In this document: piece after piece, positions 28,136 to 38,501 of the stretch
Position numbering within the stretch: the stretch's first letter is position 1
Layout of the letters: the number at the start of each line of letters is the position of its first letter
Assembly (NCBI GenBank): GCA_947085575.1
Contig: CAMTXB010000029.1
Coordinates: 3,241-67,240 of the forward strand
Source of the DNA: an uncultured Caulobacteraceae bacterium
GTDB lineage: Bacteria; Pseudomonadota; Alphaproteobacteria; Caulobacterales; Caulobacteraceae
Direction: 5' to 3'
DNA: 64,000 bases
Position numbers and translations under genes: made by a program
Notes under the pieces: generated by a model
What the model saw: the letters and a program-made list of their open reading frames with translations, nothing else
Databases searched by the model: none
Told to the model about the DNA's origin: nothing

Positions 28136-28166
28136 AAAAAAGGGGGCGGCCCGAAAGCCGCCCCCT
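28136..28166 (-). terminator. Intrinsic terminator of the TonB-dependent receptor gene
   Basis: AGGGGGCGGC/GCCGCCCCCT stem with an A-run on the plus strand (U-tail on minus). Confidence 0.85.
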
Positions 28167-28191
28167 GATCTCAGTCTGATCAAACCTTGGA

Positions 28192-31100
28192 TCAGAACTC
28201 GTAGCGCAGGCCGACCTGGATGGCCCAGAGCGACTTGCCGTTGTTGTCGATGTTCTCCCGCAGGCCATCGGCGCTGAAGCTGGAATAGCGATACCGGGCG
28301 CAGGAGGGGTCCCCCGTGGCCACCGCAGAGCCCGCCGCATTGGCGCAGTTGACCCGCACCAGGGAGTTCACGTCGGTATATTCCTCAACGATGCCCCACT
28401 CGTCGTTCAGCAGGTTCAGCACGTTCTGCATGTCCAGAACGACACGGAACTTGTGACCGGCGAAATAGGAAGGCAGTTCCTGGCTGAGCTGCAGGTCGAC
28501 GATGTGGATGTCGTCGTTCTGGAAGTAGCCCTTGGGGACGATCTGGTTCTGCGGCAGGCCGAACTGCTGGACGGCGCGGATGAAGTTATCCCGGGTCGAG
28601 GTGTCGGCGAAGCGGACCAGACCATAGTCGAGGCCGCTGGCGCCCCCATTGCCCGACATGTCCGGCACATAGAGGAGGTGGGCGGAGCCGCGGTTGACCC
28701 CGAACACCGGGCTACGGCCCCCGGTCGCATCGCTCATGACGAAGGTGGTGCCGCGACCCGAGCGTTTTTCGGCGAACAGGGTGGCGCGGGTTTCCAGATC
28801 CCACAGGAAGGACCGGGCATAGCTCGCCTGGAACTTGAAGCTGTGTTCGATCTCTTCATAGGACGAGCCATAGGCCGGCTGGTTGGGGTCCTGTCCCGCC
28901 GGAGCCTGGTACATGGAGCTCTGGGTGGAGCTGAACCGGAACGAGGACGCGAAGTCGTTGACGTCCTGGTAGGTGTAGCTGCCCGTCACGTCGAGGCCGA
29001 AGTCGAAGGTCTTCTGCAGGGAGACGGCCGCAACCAGACCACGCCCCTTGTTAGTGTTATAGGCCACCAGATCCCGGGCCGAGCCCAGGTTCTGCGAGGT
29101 GATGCCGGCCGCAGCGCGCTGGGCATCGGTTCCGCCGATGCCGTCATAACGGAGGCGACCATCGGGGGTGAACTGGGTTACGCCATTGACCACCAGCGGG
29201 GCCGCGCGCGTGTCGCGGATGTGGAGCCCGTCCCGGACCTGAGTCGTGACAAGGTCGAGGCCCAGGTTCCAACCATCCCAGAGTTCGTACTGGGCGTTGA
29301 GGAACAGCTTCCACTCCGAGGGGAACTGGAAGCCCGGCGCGAACGCGGCCACCTCGGTGGCCGGGGAGGCGCTGGCGCCGCCCTGGAACGCCCGGACGGC
29401 GGCCGGGATGTCATAGAAGGTCCGGGCATCAGTCCGGCTGACATTCAGAGCCGAGGCCCCGATCGCCTGGGTGAAGCCCGGGGCGCCGGTAGTCTCGCGG
29501 AAGGTGCCGTCGGCATTGCGCTCGAACACCACGCCGGAGGTCAGGAAGCCCGCGCCGCCGCCATAGGGGTTGGAGGCCAGCACGTCCGGCACGCCGCCGG
29601 AGAACAGGCCGCCGCCGACCCGCACCTGCAGACGGTCCGTCGCACGCCAGTCCGCCGAGAAGCGGGGCATCATCACGCTCAGGCCATCATAGGTCTTCTG
29701 GTTGGAGAAGCCGTTGCGGGCCAGGAAGTTGACGTTCAGGGGCGGCGGGTCGTCATTGGTGTACCAGTCGTAGCGCAGGCCGGCCGAGACCGTCAGGTCG
29801 GGATGGATGTCATAGGTGTCCTGCAGGAACACCGAATTCAGCCGGTAGGTCAGGGCGGCGGACGCTTCGGCGAGGCTTCGGCCCCCGATGGCGTCGGTAT
29901 AGCCCAGACGGCTGGCGCGCCCGGCGCCGAAGTCGGCGATCGAGTCGAAATAATAGATCCCGTCCTGGGTCGGGATGAAGAGGTTCATGATCTCCTGGGT
30001 CTGGCTCGAGGCCCCAAACTTCAGCCGGTGATCGCCAAGAGCCCATTCGCCCTTGAACTGAATGGTCAGATTGTCGGTCGCCAGCTCGTTGGCGTGACGG
30101 AACTGGTCAGGACCAAACTGCAGCAGCGAGGGGTTGGCCTGGCCGGCGAGGTCGCAGTTGATGGGCGAGCCCCCGCTGGTGGGGGCAAGACAGACCTGCA
30201 CATGGGCAAACTCCTGGCCCGACGGCGGCATCTGGCGGCGCTCATAGTCGCGCAGGGTCACCCGCAGCTGGGTCGAGAAGGTGTCCGTCCAGTCCGAATT
30301 CAGTTCGCCGGTATAGGAATAGTCCTCTTCGCCGGTGAGGTACCACTGGGAGTCCAGGCCGGCCGAAGAGGTGGTGATGTTGGTCCGCTGGATCAGCTCG
30401 GAGAGCGCATAGCGCGCAGTCATGGACAGGCGATGCTGCTCCGACAGGTTGGCGTCGATCTTGAAGGAGTATTTCTCATCCAGGACCGGCTTGGTGCGGG
30501 CGATCGTGCCGACATCGAACTTGCTGGCGTAGTTGCTGTTGAAGACCCCGGTGACCTGATCGATCAGGGCCTGGTTCACGCCGCGCACGGCGTTGGCGAA
30601 GCCGGCGCCCTCGGGACCCGTGGCGGTCAGGTCGCTGGTCTCATAGATCTCGTAGGACGCCGCGAAGAACAGGCGGTCCTGCCAGATCGGCCCGGACAGG
30701 AAGGCGCCCCAATTGGTCTGGCTGACCTGCGAGGCAATGTCGTTGCCGCGGATCGTGCGGCCGACCATGCCGTCGTTCAGATAGTTGAGGAACAGGCTGC
30801 CGCGGAAGTCGTTCTCGCCGGACTTCAGCACCACGTCCAGGGCGCCGCCGGAGAAGTCGCCGTTCTCCACGTCCACGGGAACCGCATCGACCGTGAACTG
30901 CTCAACCGCGTCCAGGGAGATGGGGCCGCGCCGGGTGGGCGTGCCGCCGGTGTTCAGGCCGAAGTCGTCCTGGGCCTGGGCGCCGTCAATGGTGATGCGG
31001 TTGTTGCGCGGATTGGAGCCGGCGATGGAGATGCCGCCGTCGCCGCGGGTGTTCTGGGTGACCAGCGGGCTGCGGCGCGCCAGGTCGCGGATGTCTCGGC

Positions 31101-31545
31101 TGACCGAAACGACGCTCTCGATGGCGGTCTCGTCGAGCACGCGACGCACGCCGGTGCTGTCCTCGCCGGGGGCGGCGGTGACCACCAGTTCAGCCACCTG
31201 CGAGAACAGGTCGAAGCTCAGGCGGGTGGTTTCGCCGAGGGTCAGGAAAACGTTGTCCTGGGTGCGCTCGCCGAAGCCCGGGGCGCTCACCGTAATTCTG
31301 TAGGGGCCGCCAACCCGAAGGCCGCGGGCGTCAAACACGCCCTGGGCATTGGTGCCGGTCACCGACCGGGTGTTGGAGGGCGTGTGCACCACGGTGACGC
31401 TGGCATTGCCCACCGGGGCGCCAGCCTCACTGAACACCTGGCCGCGGATGGCCGACGTGGTTTCCTGCGCGTAGACGGCGCTGCCCATGGCGCAGACGAG
31501 CGCAGTGAGCGCAGCCCCGCCAGCGAGGCGCTTCATCGAAGTCAT
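28192..31545 (-). CDS. Oar-like TonB-dependent outer membrane receptor with N-terminal carboxypeptidase-regulatory-like domain
   Basis: Signal peptide, AQETTSAIRG, GLRVGGPY, 1117 aa, C-terminal GLRYEF. Confidence 0.93.
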   Translation of the reverse strand: MTSMKRLAGGAALTALVCAMGSAVYAQETTSAIRGQVFSEAGAPVGNASVTVVHTPSNTRSVTGTNAQGVFDARGLRVGGPYRITVSAPGFGERTQDNVFLTLGETTRLSFDLFSQVAELVVTAAPGEDSTGVRRVLDETAIESVVSVSRDIRDLARRSPLVTQNTRGDGGISIAGSNPRNNRITIDGAQAQDDFGLNTGGTPTRRGPISLDAVEQFTVDAVPVDVENGDFSGGALDVVLKSGENDFRGSLFLNYLNDGMVGRTIRGNDIASQVSQTNWGAFLSGPIWQDRLFFAASYEIYETSDLTATGPEGAGFANAVRGVNQALIDQVTGVFNSNYASKFDVGTIARTKPVLDEKYSFKIDANLSEQHRLSMTARYALSELIQRTNITTSSAGLDSQWYLTGEEDYSYTGELNSDWTDTFSTQLRVTLRDYERRQMPPSGQEFAHVQVCLAPTSGGSPINCDLAGQANPSLLQFGPDQFRHANELATDNLTIQFKGEWALGDHRLKFGASSQTQEIMNLFIPTQDGIYYFDSIADFGAGRASRLGYTDAIGGRSLAEASAALTYRLNSVFLQDTYDIHPDLTVSAGLRYDWYTNDDPPPLNVNFLARNGFSNQKTYDGLSVMMPRFSADWRATDRLQVRVGGGLFSGGVPDVLASNPYGGGAGFLTSGVVFERNADGTFRETTGAPGFTQAIGASALNVSRTDARTFYDIPAAVRAFQGGASASPATEVAAFAPGFQFPSEWKLFLNAQYELWDGWNLGLDLVTTQVRDGLHIRDTRAAPLVVNGVTQFTPDGRLRYDGIGGTDAQRAAAGITSQNLGSARDLVAYNTNKGRGLVAAVSLQKTFDFGLDVTGSYTYQDVNDFASSFRFSSTQSSMYQAPAGQDPNQPAYGSSYEEIEHSFKFQASYARSFLWDLETRATLFAEKRSGRGTTFVMSDATGGRSPVFGVNRGSAHLLYVPDMSGNGGASGLDYGLVRFADTSTRDNFIRAVQQFGLPQNQIVPKGYFQNDDIHIVDLQLSQELPSYFAGHKFRVVLDMQNVLNLLNDEWGIVEEYTDVNSLVRVNCANAAGSAVATGDPSCARYRYSSFSADGLRENIDNNGKSLWAIQVGLRYEF

Positions 31546-31637
31546 TGTGAGATTCCCCTATCCATCGAGCCCGGGGCGGGCGGGCACGCGCGCACCCCGG
31601 TTTCGGCGCTCTATACAGGCAAGTAGGCCACTTGTAG

Positions 31638-31655
31638 GTGAGGGATTTATGACGT
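31638..31655 (-). promoter_or_regulatory. Possible Pho box
   Basis: Minus strand ACGTCAT-AAAT-CCCTCAC resembles the 7-4-7 PhoB direct repeat. Confidence 0.4.
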
Positions 31656-31751
31656 CGCCAACCTGTTGTTGCGGCGCCACACTGAGGGGCGCCTGGACCT
31701 TTACAGCGCCGCTTGCACGGGCAACGGTCCGCGCGGTTTCGGGAGCCGTCC

Positions 31752-33287
31752 TTGTCAAATTCGCCCTCTGATCCGTCCCTGTCCGCCTGGCGTATGGCGC
31801 TATGGATCACCGTGGCCCTGACGGCGGTGCGGCTGGCGACGATATTTGTCACACCCCTGGAACTCTATCCCGACGAAGCCCAGTACTGGCTATGGTCCCG
31901 AAGCCTGGACTTCGGCTATTTCTCCAAGCCGCCCATGGTGGCCTGGGCGATCTGGGCGACCACCCTGGCCGGCGACGCCGAGCCCCTGGTCCGACTTTCG
32001 GCGCCGCTTTTCCAGGCCGCCACGGCGCTCGGGGTGTTTGTCCTCGCCCGCCGGCTCTATGGGGTCGAGGTCGCCCTGGCGGCCTGCGCGCTCTATCACC
32101 TGACCCCAGGGGTGCAGCTGTCTTCGGCGGTGGTGGCCACGGACGGGCCGCTGATGGCGGCCCTGGTCTGGGCCCTGGCCCTCTATGTCCGGCTCCCCGG
32201 GACCGATGGCCCGCGACAGTGGCGGGTGGCGGCCGGCGCCGGCGCCTTGCTCGGCCTGGCCTTCCTGTCCAAATACGCCGCGATCTACGCCCTCCTCGGG
32301 GTCGGGCTTCACCTGGTCCTCGACCGGGAGGCCCGGGCGCCCTGGCGGCCAACCGTCATGGCCGCAGCGCTGGGCGCGGCGATGGCCGTCCTGGCGCCCA
32401 ATCTGATCTGGAACGCCCTGCATGGGTTCTCGACGGTCACGCACACGGCGGCCAACGCCAACTGGAGCGCCAGCGACCTGTTCCACCCCGGGGAACTGCT
32501 CAGCTTCGTGGGCTCACAGTTCGGGGTGTTTGGCCCCATTCCCTTCGCCGTCCTGATCGGGGGGGCGGTCATGCTGGCCTGGCGTCGCCGGCTGACGGGC
32601 CAAGACCTGCTGCTGCTGTGCTTCGCCCTGCCGCCCTTCCTGATCGTGACCCTTCAGGCCCTGCTCAGCCGGGCCAACGCCAACTGGACCGCGGCAGGCT
32701 ATGTGGCCGGCATCATCCTGGTCACAGCCTGGCTGCTGCGCTGGCGGGCCAGGGGCTGGCTCATCGCCGCCCTGGGGACCCAAGGGGTGCTGGCGGCCCT
32801 GTTCCTGTCCTTCGTGATCTCCCCGGACCTGGCTGAGCGGGCCGGCATGGCCAACAGCTTCAAGCGCGCCAAGGGCTGGTCGCAGATGACCGAGGCCCTG
32901 ACCAATCGCGCCATGCATGACCTGCGGGTCTCGGCCATCGCGGTGGACGACCGGTTCATGTTCAATGCGGCGGCCTATTATGGCCGCGACTATTTCGCCC
33001 GCCCCGACGCTGCGCCCCTGCGGATGTGGGCGCGGTCGGCGACGCCGCAGAACCAGGCCGAGACCGAATCCCCCCTGACCGCCGCCGACGGGGACCGGGT
33101 GCTGGCCATGAGCCTGGAGCCGGACTTCACCGCCGAGATGAAGGCCGACTTCGCCCGGGTGGGCGAGGTGGAGATCGTCAATGTCTGGCTGGATCCTGAG
33201 CGGAGCCGGCGGGCGGAGATGTTCGTGGGCGAAGGCTTCGCGCCTCAGCCCCGGGACCCGGTCACCGGCCTGCCCAGAGCGCCTTGA
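31752..33287 (+). CDS. ArnT/PMT-like GT-C (GT39/GT83) membrane glycosyltransferase
   Basis: DEAQYWLWS..LDFGYFSKPP, many TM segments, LSKY; probable TTG start with GGAG RBS. Confidence 0.88.
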   Translation: MSNSPSDPSLSAWRMALWITVALTAVRLATIFVTPLELYPDEAQYWLWSRSLDFGYFSKPPMVAWAIWATTLAGDAEPLVRLSAPLFQAATALGVFVLARRLYGVEVALAACALYHLTPGVQLSSAVVATDGPLMAALVWALALYVRLPGTDGPRQWRVAAGAGALLGLAFLSKYAAIYALLGVGLHLVLDREARAPWRPTVMAAALGAAMAVLAPNLIWNALHGFSTVTHTAANANWSASDLFHPGELLSFVGSQFGVFGPIPFAVLIGGAVMLAWRRRLTGQDLLLLCFALPPFLIVTLQALLSRANANWTAAGYVAGIILVTAWLLRWRARGWLIAALGTQGVLAALFLSFVISPDLAERAGMANSFKRAKGWSQMTEALTNRAMHDLRVSAIAVDDRFMFNAAAYYGRDYFARPDAAPLRMWARSATPQNQAETESPLTAADGDRVLAMSLEPDFTAEMKADFARVGEVEIVNVWLDPERSRRAEMFVGEGFAPQPRDPVTGLPRAP

Positions 33288-33310
33288 GCGTCCGCTCGCG
33301 GCCGAAGGGG

Positions 33311-33955
33311 TTACGCCAGGGCGACCTCAAAGGATGCTTCGGTCCTGGCGCGGACCTCATCCAGGCTCACCCCGTCGGCCAGTTGCACGAGCCGCAGGGG
33401 CGAGCGGCCCCGGTCCACCTCGAAGACGCCGAGATCGGTGATGACCAGGTCCACGACCCCCTGGCCGGTCAGGGGCAGGTTGCAGGCCTTGACCAGCTTG
33501 GGCGCGCCGGATTTCTCGGTGTGCTCCATGACGACGACCACGCGCTTGACCCCGGCCACCAGGTCCATGGCCCCGCCCATGCCCTTGACCATCTTGCCGG
33601 GCACCATCCAGTTGGCCAGGTCCCCATTGGCCGCCACCTGCATGGCGCCCAGGATCGACAGGTCGATGTGACCGCCGCGGATCATGGCGAAGCTGTCGGC
33701 CGACGAGAAATAGGATGATGCGTCGAGCTCGGTAATGGTCTGCTTGCCGGCATTGATCAGGTCGGCGTCCTCTTCCCCCTCGAAGGGAAAGGGTCCCATG
33801 CCGAGCATGCCGTTCTCGCTCTGCAGGGTCACCTCGACGCCGGCCGGGATATAGTTGGCCACCAGGGTCGGAATGCCGATCCCCAGATTGACATAGAAGC
33901 CGTCCTGTAGCTCCCGGGCGGCCCGGGCGGCCATTTCGTCTCGGGTCCAGGCCAT
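33311..33955 (-). CDS. scoB: 3-oxoacid CoA-transferase subunit B
   Basis: [24 protein letters not shown]. Confidence 0.94.
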   Translation of the reverse strand: MAWTRDEMAARAARELQDGFYVNLGIGIPTLVANYIPAGVEVTLQSENGMLGMGPFPFEGEEDADLINAGKQTITELDASSYFSSADSFAMIRGGHIDLSILGAMQVAANGDLANWMVPGKMVKGMGGAMDLVAGVKRVVVVMEHTEKSGAPKLVKACNLPLTGQGVVDLVITDLGVFEVDRGRSPLRLVQLADGVSLDEVRARTEASFEVALA

Positions 33956-34686
33956 CAGACGGTCTCCCCGGCGGCGGGTTGGGCGGTTCTAGGCCGGGTG
34001 GTCACCCGCTCAATGCGCTTTTCAAAGGCCGCCCCCTGGAAAATGGCGTCCACAAATATGCCCGGCGTATGGATGTGGTCCTTGTCCAGGTCGCCGGGCG
34101 CCACAAGCCGCTCGACCTCGACAACGGTCCTGGCCCCCGCCGTGGCCATCATCGGATTGAAGTTTCGCGCGGTCTTGCGGAACATCAGATTGCCCGCCGT
34201 GTCGCCCAGATCGGCCTTGATGATCGACAGATCGGCGGTCAGGCCGCGCTCCATCACATAGAGTTCGCCGTCGAAGTCGCGGACTTCCTTGCCCTCGGCC
34301 ACCAGGGTGCCGACCCCGGTCTTGGTGAAGAAGGCCGGGATGCCCGCCCCGCCGGCGCGGATGCGTTCGGCCAGCGTGCCCTGGGGATTGAATTCCAGCT
34401 CCAGCTCCCCGGAGAGATAGAGCTGCTCGAACAGCTTGTTCTCCCCCACATAGGAACTGATCATCTTCCTGATCTGCCGGTTCTCCAGCAGGACCCCGAG
34501 GCCGAAGCCGTCGATCCCGCAGTTGTTGGAGATCACCGTCAGGTCCTTCACCCCGTGGGCGCGGATCGCCGCGATCAGATTCTCAGGAATGCCGCAGAGG
34601 CCAAAGCCTCCGGCCATGATGGTCATGCCGTCGAAGAGGAGACCGTCCAGGGCCTCGGCGGCGTCTTTGCGAACCTTGTTTGCCAT
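33955..34686 (-). CDS. scoA: 3-oxoacid CoA-transferase subunit A
   Basis: [29 protein letters not shown]. Confidence 0.94.
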   Translation of the reverse strand: MANKVRKDAAEALDGLLFDGMTIMAGGFGLCGIPENLIAAIRAHGVKDLTVISNNCGIDGFGLGVLLENRQIRKMISSYVGENKLFEQLYLSGELELEFNPQGTLAERIRAGGAGIPAFFTKTGVGTLVAEGKEVRDFDGELYVMERGLTADLSIIKADLGDTAGNLMFRKTARNFNPMMATAGARTVVEVERLVAPGDLDKDHIHTPGIFVDAIFQGAAFEKRIERVTTRPRTAQPAAGETV

Positions 34687-34735
34687 GGCGACCCTTTTAC
34701 GCCGCAGCGCAGCAATTGGAAACCGTGCTGACAGC

Positions 34736-34771
34736 AAAACGGCTCCCCAGGGACAACGCCCCGGGGAGCCG
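34736..34771 (-). terminator. Intrinsic terminator of the OmpA lipoprotein gene
   Basis: CGGCTCCCC...GGGGAGCCG stem with AAAA on the plus strand. Confidence 0.7.
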
Positions 34772-34793
34772 CCCGTTAAGGGCTGCCGGGCGA

Positions 34794-35468
34794 TCAGTTG
34801 GTCAGGGGACGCAGGATGATCTCCACCCGGCGGTTCTGCGCGCGGCCCTCGGGGGTCGCATTGGTGGCGCGGGGCTGGCTCTCGCCGCGGCCTTCCACAT
34901 AGATGCGGTCAGGATTGACCCGGCCGCGATTGACCAGATAGCCCGCCACCGATCCGGCCCGGCGCTCCGACAGGGCCTGGTTATAGGCGTCGGCGCCGGT
35001 GGAATCCGCATGACCGATCACGTCCACCAGGGTCTGGGGATAGGCGTTCAGGGTCCGCGCCACATCGTCCAGCACGGGATGGAATCGCGGCTGGATGTCA
35101 GACCGATCGACCGCAAAGGTCACATCGCTGGGCATGTTCAGGATGATGTTGTCACCCTGGCGGATCACGTCGACGCCCGTGCCGGCCATCTGCTGGCGGA
35201 GCTCGGCCTGCTGGCGGTCCATATAGTTGCCGGCGGCGGCGCCGGCCAGCGCCCCGACGCCCGCGCCGATCAGGGCGTTCTTGCGGCCCTCGGCGCTCTT
35301 ATTGGTGTTGGTGAGATAGCCCAGGGCCGCGCCGCCAAGGGCCCCGGCCAGGGCGCCCGTGCCGGTATTGTTGCGGACCTGCTGGCCCGTATGGGGATCG
35401 ATGGTGGTGCAGGCGGCCAGGGCGAAGACGCCGAGGAGCCCCACTGAGGCTGCGGTCAGGTGACGCAT
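34794..35468 (-). CDS. OmpA family lipoprotein (YiaD-like, glycine zipper)
   Basis: Lipobox LAAC, Gly-zipper, YMDRQ, GHAD..G...YN..LSERRA, NRRVEI. Confidence 0.93.
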   Translation of the reverse strand: MRHLTAASVGLLGVFALAACTTIDPHTGQQVRNNTGTGALAGALGGAALGYLTNTNKSAEGRKNALIGAGVGALAGAAAGNYMDRQQAELRQQMAGTGVDVIRQGDNIILNMPSDVTFAVDRSDIQPRFHPVLDDVARTLNAYPQTLVDVIGHADSTGADAYNQALSERRAGSVAGYLVNRGRVNPDRIYVEGRGESQPRATNATPEGRAQNRRVEIILRPLTN

Positions 35469-35583
35469 ATGGTCTCTCCGAGAGTGGTTATGTCTGCAGC
35501 AACGCTAGGCCCTCTTACGAAGTTCCGTTATGGCGGATTTAAGTCCGTCGCGGCGACCTCATCCGGCCCCAGAGAGCCCCACT

Positions 35584-36519
35584 GTGTCAGCAGAATCGAT
35601 CATTCCCGTGTCATTTGACGCCTATGAGGCCGATTTCGGCGCCTTTGCTCAGGCCCTGGGGGACTCGTTCACGCATTATGGTTTTGCCGTCATAGCCGAT
35701 CATCCCCTGGCCCAGGACCGGATCGAGGGGGCGCTGGCCGCAACCCGGGCGTTCTTCGCCCTGCCGGAGTCCGCCAAGCGCGCCTATGTTGCCGGCCAGG
35801 GGGGACAACGGGGCTATACCCCGTTCGGCGTCGAGACCGCCAAGGGCGAGACACACCACGACCTGAAGGAATTCTGGCACATGGGCCGGGACCTGCCCCC
35901 CGGCCACCCCTACGGGGCTGTGATGCCCCCCAATGTGTGGCCTGCCGAGGTTCCCGCGTTTCAGAACGAGGTCACCTGGCTCTACGGCGCCCTCGACCAC
36001 CTGGGACTGAAGGTCCTGGAGGCCCTGGCGGTCTATCTGGGGCTGGACCGGCAGTTCTTCGCCCCCACGGTCGACCAGGGCAATTCCGTGCTCCGGCTGC
36101 TCCACTACCCGCCGACATCTGGCCAAGGCCCCCACATCCGGGCGGCGGCCCACGAGGACATCAATGTCATCACCCTGCTGCTGGGCGCCGAAGAGGCCGG
36201 GCTTGAGGTGCTGCGGCGGGATGGCGGCTGGCTGGCCATCAATCCGCCGGCCGGCTCCCTGGTCTGCAATATCGGCGACATGCTGCAGCGGCTGACCAAC
36301 CACCGCCTGCCCTCCACAACCCATCGGGTGGTCAATCCCACCCCGGACCGGCGGGGGGTGGCGCGCTATTCGACGCCCTTTTTCCTGCACTTCAATCCGG
36401 ACTATGAGATCCGAACCCTGCCCGGCTGTGTCGATGCGGCCCATACTGATCGCTACCTTGAGCCCATCACCGCCGACGGCTACCTCCAGCAGCGCCTGCG
36501 GGAAATCAAACTGCTTTAG
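35584..36519 (+). CDS. 2-oxoglutarate/Fe(II) oxygenase, isopenicillin N synthase family
   Basis: LRLLHYP, HED...H..R.S jelly-roll motif, NIGDML; start uncertain (35530 or 35584). Confidence 0.9.
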   Translation: MSAESIIPVSFDAYEADFGAFAQALGDSFTHYGFAVIADHPLAQDRIEGALAATRAFFALPESAKRAYVAGQGGQRGYTPFGVETAKGETHHDLKEFWHMGRDLPPGHPYGAVMPPNVWPAEVPAFQNEVTWLYGALDHLGLKVLEALAVYLGLDRQFFAPTVDQGNSVLRLLHYPPTSGQGPHIRAAAHEDINVITLLLGAEEAGLEVLRRDGGWLAINPPAGSLVCNIGDMLQRLTNHRLPSTTHRVVNPTPDRRGVARYSTPFFLHFNPDYEIRTLPGCVDAAHTDRYLEPITADGYLQQRLREIKLL

Positions 36520-36755
36520 GCAGACGACGGCCCTATGTCGGGCGCCGGGACCTGAGCCTGACCCGGGCGAGCCTCCCTTCCGCCAGGGCGCGGAGGCTTG
36601 GGATCATGGTCGATTTCCCGGCCGCCATCGAGGCGGAGGGTCATCGCCTGGCGATGATCAGCGCCCCGGCGGGCGGCGGAATTGATCCTGGGAGCGGCGG
36701 CCTGCCGTCGGCCTCAGGCGGTGGAACGGCCACCCCGGGCCTGGGGCGCTTGCGG

Positions 36756-38312
36756 CTACCTGGTCAGCCGCAGATTGTCGATCGAGCCGGCAATGGCGTC
36801 GAAGGCCGCGCCAAGTTGCGAGACATTCTGCACGTCGTAGAATTTTTCGGGGTCCGTGGCGCAGTTACGCAGCAGACTGCTTGAACCGCTCTCGACCTCC
36901 ACACGCACGGTGTAAAGGACAATATCCTTCTTTTTGATGTTCTCGCAAAGCAGCGCCAGACGACTATCCATCCGGCTTGCGCGGAAAGATGCGGAACCTG
37001 AGGTGATGCCCAGCAGACCCTGCCAGATATATCCAAGTCCACTATAGGCCGAGCTGTTGTGGTTGCTGGCGGTGCTGTGAACATTATCGCCATCCGTCAT
37101 AAGGATGATGATCTTCCGATGGTTCTTGGTCCCGTAGGCGACGCCATCGGCCAGGGGCGCGTTGGGCGAGATTGTGTGCCAGCCCCAGACCAGCCCCATG
37201 GGGATGTTGGTCGTACCACTCGCGGTCATGTCGTCGATGGCCCTCTTCAGGGCGCTCATGTTCGTGGTCAGCGGCATGACCGGCTCAATATTACAGCCAT
37301 TATTCGGGCCGCCGCCGCTGGGGGTAGCCCTGTTATATTTGGCGACATTGCCCTGGCGCTGCCAGCTGTCGCCCGAAGTCCGGTCATTCAGATAGTTGTT
37401 GGGATAGGAAGACCCCCCGGATCCATTGTCGGGCTCGTCCGGCGCGAAGTACGGCACGAAGTAGCTATTACTGTCTGCGGCGAAAGGCGCCGTGTCCTGC
37501 ACATCATAGGGCTGTCGCCGACTCTCCACGCACCCCCCCCAGACCTGATTGTTGTTCATCGACTTCAGGACGGCGAACCGGTCCGTATTGGCGGTGGTGA
37601 AGATGTCGACTCTGGCGGCGTTGTGTCCCAGGGCCCGGCCATCCAGCCAATTCGGGATCCCCGGCCCCGTGCGCGTGCTGGTGTTGTAGTCTCTGACGCT
37701 GACATTCTTTGCGACGCGCACCGTGCTGGAGAACGGCACCAGGGAGATCTGAATGGGATCCTGGGCGGTGCTGCGCGTGGCCGCAGACTCCAGCTTGTCC
37801 ACCAGATCCTTCGCCGCGGTCTTCAGGGTTCTGAGCTTGGTCCCCGACATGGAGCCGGTATTGTCCAGCACCAGGGCGACCTCCAGGCGATCCATGGCGC
37901 GCAGGGCCTCTGCGGACGCCTTTACATTGCCGTGCTGAAAGAAGCCGGTGGCCACCGCCATGGGCTTCATTTCCGCCGAAGCGACGACCTTTGGCCCATC
38001 CAGCGTGAAGCTCGAACTGATCAGCGCCGCCCCGGGATAGGAGGTCAGATTGGCTCTCAGCGCCCGCTGGCCGACCTCATTGATGTCCCTCGACGTCTGG
38101 GCCGAGGACCGGGCGGCGAACAGGGTGGCGGCATCCAGGGCGTCCTGCAGCTTCTGGCGTTGATTGGCGCCCATATAGACGTCGAAAACCCCCAGGGTCA
38201 GCGGGGCGAGCAGGACCAGCGACATGGCGAAAATGATCGCTGCGGCGCCGCTCTCGTCGCGGGCGCCTGAGCGCAGCCGGGCGATCAGGCCCATGAGGAA
38301 AGAGGTTCGCAC
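36756..38312 (-). CDS. TadG-like minor pilin with von Willebrand A domain (CpaL-like)
   Basis: Prepilin-type DESG|AAAIIFA hydrophobic segment, LQDALDAA, MIDAS DNTGS and TDG; start uncertain (38312 or 38336). Confidence 0.88.
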   Translation of the reverse strand: MRTSFLMGLIARLRSGARDESGAAAIIFAMSLVLLAPLTLGVFDVYMGANQRQKLQDALDAATLFAARSSAQTSRDINEVGQRALRANLTSYPGAALISSSFTLDGPKVVASAEMKPMAVATGFFQHGNVKASAEALRAMDRLEVALVLDNTGSMSGTKLRTLKTAAKDLVDKLESAATRSTAQDPIQISLVPFSSTVRVAKNVSVRDYNTSTRTGPGIPNWLDGRALGHNAARVDIFTTANTDRFAVLKSMNNNQVWGGCVESRRQPYDVQDTAPFAADSNSYFVPYFAPDEPDNGSGGSSYPNNYLNDRTSGDSWQRQGNVAKYNRATPSGGGPNNGCNIEPVMPLTTNMSALKRAIDDMTASGTTNIPMGLVWGWHTISPNAPLADGVAYGTKNHRKIIILMTDGDNVHSTASNHNSSAYSGLGYIWQGLLGITSGSASFRASRMDSRLALLCENIKKKDIVLYTVRVEVESGSSSLLRNCATDPEKFYDVQNVSQLGAAFDAIAGSIDNLRLTR

Positions 38313-38501
38313 GTCTGCGCCCCGCGTGAGGTTCACATTCAGGCGGGGACTATGCCGGCTCAGGGTAAACGAACCGTCCGCAGAACAGGGTAAACAGAAA
38401 TCCTGATGGGCCAGGGGCGCACATGTGGCATGATTAACGGCGACGGGATGTCCAGGCTCTACTAAATCTTTTCGAGAGGCTGATCGGGGGGGGGGAAGCT
38501 G

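Noticed and set aside
28453-31626. 1057-aa plus-strand ORF (also 3270-5441, 11789-13942, 18052-19383 and similar)
   Set aside because: Antisense shadows of well-supported genes, expected from stop-codon scarcity in high-GC3 DNA; no recognisable motifs
36520-36755. Possible small gene or remnant between the oxygenase and the pilin
   Set aside because: Short ORFs on both strands lack an RBS or recognisable motif
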